Assembly: GCF_038025025.1 (NCBI RefSeq)
Contig: NW_027117343.1
Location: 1,178,001 to 1,242,000 of the forward strand
Origin: Phyllosticta citribraziliensis
Lineage: Eukaryota
Length of the DNA: 64,000 nt
Direction: 5' to 3'
Position numbers and translations under genes: made by a program. Positions 13,435-26,900 of the stretch are shown here, in pieces. The notes under the pieces are model-generated. The model worked only from the letters and a program-made list of their open reading frames with translations. It was not told where the DNA came from and ran no database searches. Position 1 is the stretch's first letter. Each line of letters starts with the position of its first letter.

Positions 13435-16400
13435 TATAACGGTATGCTTTAGGTAATCCTAATTAGGCAATTACTAAGGCTGCTTAGTGCTTAACTAATA
13501 GTTCTAGGTATCTAGATATAGTACTTAATAAGTAATAATAAATAATAACCCCTAAAGATAGTTATGTATACCTGGCCTAATCCTTTATTATATAGGACTT
13601 ATATGTGCCTAGATAATAAAATACTAAGGTAGAGTATAGTAGGTAGAGCTATATAATCTAATATCTAGTCTATTAGCTTAAATAATAGAGAGGTACTTCC
13701 CTATTAAATAAGAGGTATAAGGAAGGGGAGTAGACCCTTTTTAATTTATACTACTATAACTAAATAACCTTAGACTATTTTCTAAAGGCTACTAAATAGA
13801 TAATAATATAGACTAAATTATTATATACTTAGTTATAAGAAATATATGGAGGAAGAATAATAATTCTTAGTAAAGAATTAGTTAATAAAATATAAAAAGA
13901 ATTACTACTAAAGAGAAAGCTATTCTAGAGGGCTAGAAGGCCTCTTTATATACCTTTCTAGTTAGTATTAAGCTAATATACTAGCTAGCTATTAGTAAGA
14001 CTTATTTATTAATTATAAGTTATCTCTAACTCTTAACTATAACTCTTACTATTAAAGTTCTTCTAGACTAATTTATTTAGATCTAAACTAGGGACTATAA
14101 TACTACTATATCCTTATTCTAAGGAGTAGCCTTAAAGTCTAAAATATAAAGGAGAGATAATATAAACCTTAATTAGATTAAGTACCCTAGATTTACTAGA
14201 GGTATTAATTTTTCCTTCTCTTTTTTACTTTCTATTTTAGAAGGAATTAACTATACTATTTTCCCTTAATTAGGACTATTCTTTAGTCCTTATATAGCTC
14301 TTTATATCCTAATATTAATAATTAACTTTTAACTATTAGTTCTCTTAGAATAAACCTTTACTTTAATTTATAAGAAGGGATATCCTTCTTTTTCTCTTTC
14401 TTAAACCTAAATTACCCTTTACTTATAAGTTATACTTTTAGGTCTTATAATAGCTTTATATATAACTATTATAATAATAGCTTATTAGGAAATATAGTAT
14501 AATTCCTAAGAGCCTAATAGTATACCTAGTAAGTTAGGTACTAGGGGTAATATAAGGGTTTACCCCTAGATAGGTACTACTATAAGTAGTAGAGTTTAGT
14601 CTATTATAATAGTCCTTACTATTTATAATACCTAAGCTAGTTTTCCCTCTTAGCTAATAGGGACTAGTACTAAGTAAGTTAAGATTCCTTTCTTATTAAG
14701 AAACTTCTACCTTAAATATCTTTATAAGTACTAGTACTAAAGACTTAAGGGCTATACTATTTAATAGGGCTTAGCCTATAATACTTATATATAATATTAG
14801 GGGATAAATAATCTACTTATTATCTTTATACTTTAGTATCTAATCTTAGGTAAAGACCTTATTTTTATAGCTATCCCCCTCCTTTATAGGAACTTATCCT
14901 AAGGTCTAGATAGGTTTTTAGGATATAGTAGTATTAGCCTAGCTAGGGAAGAGTATTATTAATATACTATAATACCTTAAACTTACTCTAGGAAGGAGCT
15001 ATCTACTAGGGTAAAGGTATCCCTAATAGGAAGAATAATAGCTCTAACTTACCTTTCCTATATTACTAATTATATTAAGTATCAGCCCCTCTAGGTAAAG
15101 CTTCTATTAGGACTAAATTTTAGTATCTATAGCTATATAGCCTATCTCTATAAGGGGGAACTTTATTTATTAAGTAAATACTTCTTTATATCTTAAAGAA
15201 GTACCTCTACTAATAATCCTAGCTTATATTCCTATTCTTAATATTAAGAATAAAGTTCTTAACTCTATCTTAATTACTTCTAGGCTCTAGGATATTATTA
15301 ATAAATAATTAGACTCTATCTAGTCTATAAGGGTTATTATATTAAAGAAAGATACTAAAATTTAAGATCTAGCTTCTAAAGATATAGCTAAATATAGAGA
15401 GGAGTTTCTTAAGTATACCCTACTTATAGCTTATAAGCTAGTAGATATTAGGGCTAAAAATACTACCTTATTAATTAAAAGAGACTCTGTTCTTTCTTAG
15501 GTCTTTTCCCTTAAGTATAAGAAGAGGGATATTAAACTTAAGCTTTATAATACTCTATAGATTAATAACTAATCTTTAAATAATTCTACTTTATATTCTT
15601 CTCTAAGGGGATCTTTAGATATCTCCTTACCTAATTTCCTTAAAGATATGACTAACTAGGCCTATATCTTAGGCTTTCTTATTTCCTTAACTATAATTTC
15701 TTATAGGATAGGAGTTATAGGTGGTATAAAATAGTCTATAATAGAAAAGTCTATAAAATAATCTAACTATAGTTACTCTTTAACCTAGAGGTCTAAACTA
15801 AGGTGATTATGAAGGAGTACTTTATTTTAACCTCTAGGTATACCTCCTATAATCCCTAACTTATATATATTATTATACTAAGTCTAATAATCTAGTATAT
15901 AAAGTTATAGAGGGTATATCTAAGAGATATACTTAGTAGTAATTTTAATAGGTAGGTCTTTTTCCTTTTATTTTTTTTCCTAGTAGCCTCTTTACCTAGT
16001 TAGGAATTATTTTATATAGGATAGGTCCTATTAGAGGAGGATAATTATCCTATATTATTTTTAGAGTTTATTATTCCTAATAGGGCTTAATATAGGCTAT
16101 TATATTAGTATTTCTAGGGGAATCCTTTTATTCTATAGGGAATAATCTATTTTTAGTAATTTCTTTTAAACTTTATATTATTCTAGGCCTAGAATAACCT
16201 AGTTTTAAAGTCCTTTTTATTATAGGTCCTAGGGTTATTAAGTTATTAAATTATTTATCCTTAGGAGGTTAATTTAGTATTCCTCTTAGCTTACTTAATA
16301 TAGCTTACTTAGGTAGGTATAGTATTTTAAGCTATATACTTAGCCTTAGTTATAGTAGGAGCTGCTACCTAGCTATACTAGGGCTAGAATAATATTTTTC

Positions 16401-19400
16401 TATAGGACTATATACCTCTACTGGCCTATAGTCCTATACCCCTATCTATATAACTCTATAGCTATAAAATTAACTATTAGTTAATTAAATTACTTTTTTT
16501 AATTCCTAAGTACTTTCTATTATATACTTTTAGAAAATATTAGAAAAAATTAAATTTAGACCTTTTTTCCTAGTAAATTTCTAATTTTCCTTCTCTTTCT
16601 TTTATATATCCTTTCTAGGACTTTTCTTACTAATTTTTTCTTTAGGAATAGTAGAATCTAGTTTAGCTAATAATAGGGATTTAGAGGTTTCTAGCTTCTA
16701 AATCCCTATTCTATAAATTCTACCTTTTTTTTACTATCCTAATATAGATCTTCCTTATTCTATATAGATATAGAATAACTATATTATAAAAAGAGTTCCT
16801 AACCTAGTATTTAGGTATATATATACCTTACTTAGTTATAGAAGGATAAAAAGGGATAACCTAGTTATAGTACCCTTTAAAGAAGTAAGAAGGCTTATAG
16901 TAAGTTTTTAAGAGTAACTTCCTTTTTCTTATATATAAGAGATATTAACTTATATATAGTAGGTTATAGGGCTTCCTTAGACTTATTATATTAGGGCCTA
17001 TTCCTAGGTCCTCTATTAGGGTCCTAGGGTACTTAATAGTAAAGTATTTCCTTAAAAATTAAGGATTTTACTAAATTTATTTTATATTTCTAGGTGGTAG
17101 GGAGGTAATTTATAGGTTATAGGTCTAATCTATTAGACTTACCTAATATATACCTTATTCCTACTACCTTAAGTACTAGAAGGACCTTCTCTTACCTTTT
17201 ATAGGCTATTAGATTTAACTAGGGGTTAAATTAGGAAGATATAGAAATTATATTACCTTAGGGCATTATAAGGGGTATTCCTAGAGGGATAAGGTATCTT
17301 AGGTAATCCCTAATTTTCTCTAGTACTAGTTCTTTACTAACCTTAGCCCTAATTAATAGGGGGACCCTATTAACTAGTTCTACTAGTAATAGGAGACCTA
17401 GACTATAGGGGCCCCTAAGAATTATCTAGGGATCTACTTAGGTCTAGCTAAGGGTAGAGAAGTCCTAAGATTTACCTATTATAGTAAATTAGGCTAGAGG
17501 GACTATTAGGAGTTATTTTTATTATATTTTTTCCTTCTTTTATTTATTTTTCCTTAGTTTTTATAGGAGAGGAGGATCTTTTTATTAATTTAGGTATTAG
17601 TAGTATAGGACCTTTAACTAGGCTAAGCTAAATTTAATATTAGCTATTCTTCTTATTATCTAAAGAACTAGTAAGGTACTAGACTAGTAGAATAGCTAGA
17701 AGAATATATAATAGTCTAAAGTACCTAGTATTAAATTCTTAGGTAAATCTAACTATAGGAAGCTAAGGTATTAGGGCTAGAACTAAAGTAGGTATTCTTC
17801 TAGGCCTAATAAATAATAGTATATTATCTTAGCTTTCTAGCTAGAAAAATTCTCTAGGTATTAAAGATTATATCCTAAGATTTTTATAGATTTTTATCTA
17901 TAGGATCCTTAGTAATTAAGTAGTAAAGTTAACTACTCTTTTTCTCCTTTATAGTATAAAGGGGTATTAACTCTATAGGTTATTATTTATTATCTAGGTA
18001 GTAAATTCTATAGTTCTATAATTAATCTAGATTATAGTTAGGCTTAACTTATTATTTTTATCTAGTAGTTTATCTAGTAAGGTGTTATTTTATCTATAGG
18101 TATACTCTAATATAAGAGTATTTTATAGTAAAATCTAGAGCTTAACTCTTAAAGAGTGAGCTTATATTTTCCCTTTTTCTTAGAGAAATATTATAGGTTA
18201 TTTTCCTTAAATTCCTATAGAAGATCCTAGTAACCTATAAGGTTATCTTCTACTTCCTATATTAATTTATAATCTAGGTATCCTTTCTATTTAATTAAAT
18301 AATAATTTTCCTTCTTAATCTTTTTATAATCTTTTATTTCCTCTACCTCTAAATCTTCCTTAGCCTCTAATTCTCTAAAGATATCTTTAGTAGTAATTAG
18401 GGGGATAGAGCTATTATATAGCTCTAATAGAGATATATAGAAGACTAGGTATATCCTTAAATCCTTAGGTAGTTATAGTTTATAGCTTAAGGAAGAGGTT
18501 TTCTTAATTACTTTAAAAGGACCTATCTTTATAAAGTCTAGTTTTTTAGATAGGCATTTAGATTTTAGGTTCTTCTTAAGTAAGTAAACTTTATCCCCCT
18601 CTTTAAGGTCTAGTATATCCTCGCGCTATTAATTATAATATTTAGCTATTCTATAGGTAATAAATTTAATATTATTAGTTAAAGATTTATATAGGAACTT
18701 TAACTCTTTAGCCTAAATAATACCCTCTTAAGAGAGTTAATTATAGAGACTAGGCTTACTAAAGTAAGTAGGTTTAAAGCTATAATTAGTATAGAATAGG
18801 CTAATTCTTATTATTTCTATAGTAGAGGAGTTATAGGTAAATTAAGCTAAAGGTAGTAAGCTAGCCTAATTATCTTATTAGTAGTTAGAGTATATTCTTA
18901 AATATTACTCTATAACTTAATTTATCTACTTAGTTTATCTATCTATTTATAGATAAAAGGCTATACTTAATTTAGCCTTACTACCTAGTTATTCTATTAG
19001 AGTCTACTAAAATTTAGAGCTAAATTTAGGATCTCTATTAGATATAATTACTTTAGGTAGTCTATACTAGCTTATAATATATCTAATAAAAGTATATACT
19101 ATAGCTAGTATATTAGTATCTTCTTTATATGGGATGAAATAACTAAACTTAGTAAGGTAGTCTACTACTACTAAAATAGTATTATAGATATCTTCTAAGC
19201 CTGGTACCCTACTATTAGGTAGTTTAGTTATAAAATCTAATAATACTAACTATTATAGCTTAGTTAGTACTGTAATAGGGTTTAATTTTCTATAAGGGGG
19301 ATGCCTAGTATATTTAGACTTAATATATATAGTATATTTTTTAATTATTTCCCTTTTTTATTAATATAATCTGGGGATATAGTAGGTTCTACTAATATAT

Positions 19401-19848
19401 TCTACTATTTTTATAATTCTAGGATAGCTGTTTAAAGTAGATTTATAGAAGCTTTTAAGTAAAGGCTTATAGTACTTTTTAGGTATATAAATAAGTCCTC
19501 TATATATAAGAGTGCCTTCCTTAGTATAGGTTATATTAATATCTATATTTTAATAGGACTTAATAAGCTCCTAGGCTATAGAATCTTTAGTATAGTTATC
19601 CCTAAATAGTTCTTCCTATATTATATTAGGTAGTAGGGATTCTATAGAACTTTTAGGTAATTCTTCCTCTAGTTCTAAAGCTCTAAACTCTATATTATCC
19701 TCTAGACTAGAAGGATAAATAGTAGAAGGGTTAGAATTATAAAATAAGGAATTTTTAGAGTATAGTTATTAATTAGGTAGCTCTTCTATACTAGGAGATA
19801 GTTATATATCTTCTATTAGTTCTATAGGCGTCTCATCTATAGTACTAG
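13435..19848 (-). mobile_element. Ty3/Gypsy chromovirus family C, 3' part: long LTR 13435-14869, PPT, ~3.3-kb extra region, chromodomain, integrase
   Basis: TATAA...TTATA (de-RIP TGTAA...TTACA) termini; pyrimidine tract CTATCCCCCTCC at 14871; chromodomain 'EVEEI...YLIK*KGY' ~18230-18360; integrase ~18500-19450. Confidence 0.8.
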
Positions 19849-20566
19849 TATGGGCGGGACCAGCTACTTACTAATACACTTACTTAGCCAGCTAAAATAC
19901 TAGTACTAGAAGAGGTATGAGAGATAGTAACTAGCAGTAAATAAGTAGGCTCTATAGGATAGGAATAAAATAACTACTAAATTAACTAAAATAAGCTACT
20001 ATCTAGCTATTACTTTATTATCTAAGTAGTATAAGACTTAGGTATAAATAATAAGTATAAATAAATAAATAACTAAATACTTAGTAGATAATAGTTTAAC
20101 TAAGTATAAAAGACTTTATTTATATAAGTAGTGCCTCTTAATAAGTAGCTATAAAAGGGGGTATATAACTAGCTAATCTACTACTAAAATACTAATAATA
20201 TAAAACCTCCTATTACTACTAAAGGTACTAAGTTTACTTATACTTTTATTAGCTATTATTATTACTACTAAACTATATAGAACTATATTTTCCTAGTATT
20301 CTAGAGCTACCTATAGTCTTATTTTCTTACTAGCCTAATCTTCTACTTATATCTAAGCTAAAACTATAGCTAAGAATAAGAATAATAACTACTAAAAATA
20401 ACCCTTAAAAGCTATAAAAACTATACTAGCTAGTAGTACTATATATAGGGGGGTACTCCTTATTTTACTATCCCCTAGTAAGTAAGAAGAAATAAGGATA
20501 AAAGGTAAGAGAGAGAGAATAAGCTATAGTCTATAGGAGGCTAGATTAGAGTAGCTAATTAGTATA

Positions 20567-23500
20567 CTACTTATCTAGATTATATATACTCCTATAAATA
20601 GGGCTAGTAGGTAAGATATTATCTTAGTCCTTATCCTTACTATACTTATTATAGTACTAGATACCTATAGCTTTAATAATATCCTTATTAGTTAATAGAG
20701 GCTTATTAGAAGTAGGCCTAGTAATATTATTATCCTTATAGTAGAAGTAAGACTTCTTATTAAAGGTATACTTCTCCTCTTTAATAAAGACTAGGAATAG
20801 CTTATTATAGGTATTAATTATATCTAGCTCTATATTATAGAAATAGCTAGCTAGTACCTTAGAATTATTAGCTATATCTATAACCTTCTTAACTTCCTTT
20901 ATAACTAATAGAGAGTCCTAGTAATAAGAGTAGACTAAAGTATTACTTATTAGATTAATACTAACTACCTCTATTAATACTAGAAACTTATAGGGGTAAT
21001 AGCTATATATATATAGGAAACTAGTAGGTATAACCTTAGAGGGGATCTAGTTCTTATAGTATACTACTAACTCTACCTAAGTACCTATCTTATTAATTTC
21101 TAGATAATTATAGTCCTAGTTAACTTTATAGTATTATAGGAAGATTATCTTATATATACCCTTTACTAGGCCCTTAGCTCTATATAGTATTATTAGGTAG
21201 GAAATTCTAGTACTATAGGCTATTACCTTATTATTAGACTAGCTTAGGCCTCTATCTTTAGTAAATTTAATAAGGTAGTTAAGAATAGGACCCTTCTTAA
21301 TATTAGTAATACTAGTTATATTTATAGGGTTATATACCTTCTTAGTAATAGTACTATCCCTATAATCCTTAAAATAAGGTATAAAGCCCTCTATTAAAAT
21401 TATATAGTCTATATTAGTCTTACTATTAAGGGAGATAGTACCCTAAATTATATTAATACCCCTATTAGTATTAGTATAGTTATTTAAGTTAATATTAAAG
21501 TAGTAGAACTTAGTATAGTTACCCTTCTTCTAGTCCTTTATATAGTATAGTATTATATAGAGCTAGTAAGTATAATTAGGCCTAAGTAAAATATATAGGA
21601 GCTAGTATACTAGATACTAATAGATAAGCTACTATACTAATAAGTAGAATATTATATAGTTCTAGCCTAGGTTTTAATAAGTATTAATTTTCTATTAGTA
21701 CTAGAGGTAGTAGCTAAACTCCTTATTAATTTTAGAGTATATATTATCTAGGAAGCTAAAGAGAGAGCTATTAGTAACTAAATTACTAGTAGCCTTAAAT
21801 TTATTAAGTAAGGTATCTATAAGGTCTAGATACTAGCTATAACCTATACTAAATAGAGTAGTAAGACTCTTATTAAAGGTAGGGATTATATTCTAAACTA
21901 TAGCTATAATAGCCTTAAACTAGGTATTATAGTTATAGCTAAATATATATAGGCCTATAGTATTAGTAGGGTAAACTAGGTAGAAAGATAGTATAAACTA
22001 ATAGTACCTATCCTTATAGGATAGGATATTAGAAAATTTTTTATAGTTATACTAAATATACTTTAAGTAGAGGTAGATAATATTATCTATCCCCTACTTA
22101 GTTTAAAGACCTAAATACTTACTAATCCTATAGATATAAGAGTTATAATAACTATTTAGGTTATACTAGTCTCTAGCCTTATTAAGCTTATAAAGCTTCT
22201 TTTACTAGGACTCCTTAGATATAGGAATAGCCTTAGTAGGAAACTTCTTATAAAATTTAGTAGATAAGATCTAGCTATTAGTTCTAGTATAGGTATAGTA
22301 CTTAGCTATATAAATCTTCTTAGTACTATTAGTTAGAGATATAATAATAACTTCTAGGTCTAAGTCTACTTCTTTATTATTATAGACCTCTTCCTTATTA
22401 TCCTTATTTATTAGGAGAATAGTATTATTATAATTACTTTTATAGGCTAAACTTTTAATAGTTAGTATAATTTACTAGTATATATTAGAGATAATAGGAG
22501 GGGTATTAAGATAGTAGTATTTATTAGGCTCTTCCTCCTAAGGAGGGGACCTCTATTACTTTATAGTACCCTAGATATTATTACTAGATAAGTTATAGCT
22601 TAGGGCTATATTTATAATATTATTAGATAACCTTATTAAATTAAGGAGGTCTACTAAATTATTACTAGGACTAGTAAAACTAGTAGCTAATTTATTTATA
22701 AAAAGTACTAAGTTAATATTACTATTAGTTTAGGTAGTAGATAACTTACTACTAGCCTAGGGGAGAGTTATTATACTAGTACTTAGCTATACTAATAAAG
22801 TACTAGTAGCCTTACTAAGTATTACTCCTATTTTATAAGTAGAGTAATAAAAAGCTTTATCTATATCTTTATTAAAACCTATAGTTACTATCCTAATAAA
22901 ATCTCCCTTACCTAAGTACTCTTTAAATAAGGTAGTAAACTAGCTAGTATCTATCTCTATAGGGGTATCTATTAGAGAATTATAATAAGTAGCCTATTCT
23001 AGTAGTATCTCTATAAGCTCTAGAGTAATAATAGCTATATAATATAGGTATCCTTATTATAGAGACCCTTATTATATTAAGAGGTCTAGGTATAGATAGG
23101 GTATTCTATACTTATTATAGACTAGCTAGGTACCTATAACCTTAGGGTTATAAGATAACTTTATAATAGTAATATATTAATTAATATAGTAGATTAGCTT
23201 ATCTAATATAGTCTAGGTAGCTAACTTTAATAGTAGAGCCCTATAGCCTCTATTCTTAACTACTAGCTCTAGTAGTATAATCTTAGCTAGCTCTTTCTTA
23301 AGAAAATCTATATAAATAATACCCCTCTAAGGATCTATAATCTTTATAAAGCTACTAATATATTTTTATAGGCCTACCTTAGTATTATATATACTAATTT
23401 TACTATTCTTATCTAGATTAAGCTTAGTAAAGTTAAAGTTACTATTAATTATATTTTATATATCCTAGTAGTACTTATCTTTATACTATTAGTCCTCCTT

Positions 23501-23950
23501 TAATAAATTATAGTCCCTCTTAAAGATCTAAAAGTCCTAGGCTATATTATAGCTATAGCTCTTAAGATTATAGAATAAGGTTCCCTAGTTAATAGTATTA
23601 TTAATAATTATACCTAGCCTAACTAGGCCCTCTTACTATAATTTATAGAAGTTATATAGCTAGTAAATAAAATTATATTACTTATCTAGGTATTCTTTAT
23701 AGGATAAGTAGATACTAATATAGTCTAGTATTATTTTCTAGTCTCTCTAAGTAATAGTACTAAGAATATACTAATAATAAATAAGCTCCTTTATAGCCCT
23801 ATAGGGATTAGCCTTATAGGTATATTAGATAATATTAGTAATAGAAGCTTTATAAAGATAGATAATATTATAATTAGCTAAGATAATAGTATTATTAGTA
23901 TCTTTAGTAGTAGTAAGGTCTATAGTAGGGTTAGTAAGTATATCCTCTAT
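20567..23950 (-). pseudogene. Extra ORF3 of element F (~1,100 codons) with a putative C-terminal 2OG-Fe(II) dioxygenase (PhyH-like) domain, RIP-inactivated
   Basis: One minus frame followed by hand across ~3.4 kb with only TAA/TAG (RIP-type) stops; de-RIPed motifs F-R-H-F-D-I-N (21502-21494), IQG.ISLD.E...DCT, RIS.P..PHGA.GP...R (His ~21183). Confidence 0.65.
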
Positions 23951-26900
23951 TATAATAGTAAGGGGGGATTATTATAGGGGTAGTAGTTATAATAGTTAAA
24001 TAGTAATTCTTTAGTAAGAGTACTACCTATATTAGGCCTAATTAGGAAAATTCTAAGATATCTTACTATAAGTAAGAGAAATAACTACTTAAAAGTAAAA
24101 TACTTAGTAAGGAATAGTACTAAATTAATAAGAGGGCTAGCTTATAGTTATATATTATATCCTTACTAGCCTAGTAAACTAAATAATAATACTAAAACTC
24201 TATTCCTACTTATAGTCTTAATAAAGAAATATTTTTAGCTTAGGACCTAATAGTTTAGTTATTAAGGTCCTAAAGATTTTTAGGGATAAGTAAGCTTATA
24301 AGTATAGTATAGGGTTATTTTATAGCTCCTAATTAGCTTAATAACTATCCCCTAGTTCTAGGAGAGAGTTATTATTAGTATATTAAGCTATAATAGGTAA
24401 ATATTATAATTAGCCTATTAATACTAAACTTACTATACCCTTATTAATTTAAACTCTCTTAATACTATTACCTCTCCTTAAATATATAAACTTTACCTTA
24501 AAATACTAAAACTCTAAAGATCTAGATATCCTACTTATTTAATTTATCTAGGTTTTTATCCTTATTATCCTAGCTATTATTAATAGCCTTATATTAGTCT
24601 AATACTTACTTAAAATATTATAGGATATATATACCCTTTAGGGTCTTAGGGTATATAATTCTAGTTTTAGGCTAGGGTCTATTTAATAGGTATAATAGGT
24701 ATAATAGTTAGTCCTACTAGCTTCTATTAGTTCTTAGTAGTAGGTTAACCTACTAATAAACTATCTTAGCTAATTCCTTATCCTTACTAGTAAATTTTTT
24801 AAGCCTATCTCCTATAACTAGATTTACTACCTTCTCTCTACTAAGTTCTTTAAGCTAGTAAGTACTAGTTTCCCTATTAACCTTATAGATCTTAAATAGC
24901 CCTTTTTAAAAGAAGTAAAGCTTTATATTATACTTATCCTTAAGCTTAGTATAATAAAGTAGTACCTAATCTCTCTTATTAAATCCCTTATCTATTACTT
25001 CTCTAATTTATAGATAGTAGCTATTAAACTATTCCTTATTCTATTTCTATAAGTAATATACTTATAATATAATCTCCTAGAGCTTCTTATTATATAAGTT
25101 AATCTACTTTATCTATAAGGCTAGTAGGTCTCTAGTACTCTTTATATCTTATTATAGTATAAGCTACTATATAGGTATCTCTATCTTAATAGGGAGTATA
25201 TAGTCCCTCCTATATAAGACCTCTATAGGAGTTATTCTAGTTATTCTATAAATTATAGTCCTATTAGCCTATAGGATATTATAAAAGTATAACCTCTAAG
25301 GTTTAGTACCTTTAAAAGATAGCTTAGCTAGTATATTATTAATTTACCTATACCCTCTTTTAACTATACTATTTAACTCTAGGTAGTATACTAAAATATT
25401 AACCTTAGATATATAGTATAGTTCTATAATAAGTTTAATATAGCTTAGGTTCTTACTATCTCTATCTATAATAAGATATTAAAAGGTACTATAGTAATAA
25501 ATTAACTCTTCATATAAGAAGTTAGCTACTAGGGTAGCTTTTAATAAGTATAGGATCTATTCTTTAACCTAGCTAGAAACTACTTCTTATATATTAATAT
25601 AGAAACCTCTAGATATATAGATAATATTTATATACTACTTATTATCTAGGACTAGTATTTTAAGGGATAGGTAGAGGGCCTCCTTATTATATAATAAACT
25701 ATAAAATATATAGGTCTAATAATCTTAGTATTCTTACTTATACTTAGCCTATAGTCCTTTTTAAAAGTATTAATCTAAGACTTTTCTAAATATTCCTTCT
25801 TTAGTATAATAGCTAAACTTATAGTATAGTTATTATACTATTTATTTTTAAGCTATAGGATTATCTACTACTTATTTTAGTAGTATATTCTTAAATAATT
25901 ACTAAAATAGATACTAGTTATAGACCTAGTATCTATAGGCCTTCTATTACTATTTCTAGGCCTCTAATTATATAACTTTAGGTAGGAGTAGTCTATAGGT
26001 AATAAATTTAGCTAGATCCTTAGATTCTTAGGAGTACTCCTTATATAGTACTCTATATAGAATAACCTCTTTTAATAGGCTAGAGGGGCCTAGTACTAAT
26101 ATTTAATTAGCTAATACTAACTCTCCTCTAGCCTAGTAGATAGTTAGTAAAAGGTCTATAGAACTAATTATATATATACTTAATTATAGGGATAATAATA
26201 ACTTATTAATTTTATCTTCTATCTTCTCTACTTATTTCTATAAGTCTTCCTTACTTAACTCCTTAAAATTTAGCCTTCTTAATAGAGTATCTACTACCCT
26301 ATTCTTTATCCTAGTAATATATAGTATCTTAAAATCCTATATAGATAGCTAGCTAAGCTACTATTTAAGGACTCTACCTATTATAGATTTAGTCCTACTA
26401 TTTAGGTAGTCTTATAGGATATAATAGTCTATTTTAATAAGGAAGTACTATCTAAATAGCTATAGTTTAAATCTAGTAATTATATATACTAGTACTTAGT
26501 ATTTTAGCTTTTTAAAATTATAAAATAATTCTATCCTAGACTAAATACTACTCTTATACCTTACTAGATACCTAGTATTATCCTTCTCTTATATTAAAAC
26601 TACTCCCTATCCTATACTACTATTATCTATAGCTACTATAATATCTCCTATAGACTTTTCTCTATATATAATAGATACTAAAATAGGTACTATTATAATA
26701 GCTTCCTTAATTTTAGCTATAGCTTTATTATACTTACTTTTCTAAGTAAATAGTATATTCTTCCTTATTAGAGTATATAGTAGTACTACCTTATATAAGT
26801 ACTCCTTAATCTAGTAGTAAAAATAGGTAGTTACTCCTAGAAAGCCCCTTAATAATTTAAGATCTTAGGAAGTATCCTAATTATTAATCTTACCTACTTT

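Noticed and set aside
15700..15940. Plus-strand WHKD / GDYEGVL.F / LVH.V...RY resemblance to a second 2OG oxygenase
   Set aside because: Needs frameshifts plus de-RIP assumptions, and the minus strand reads equally plausibly
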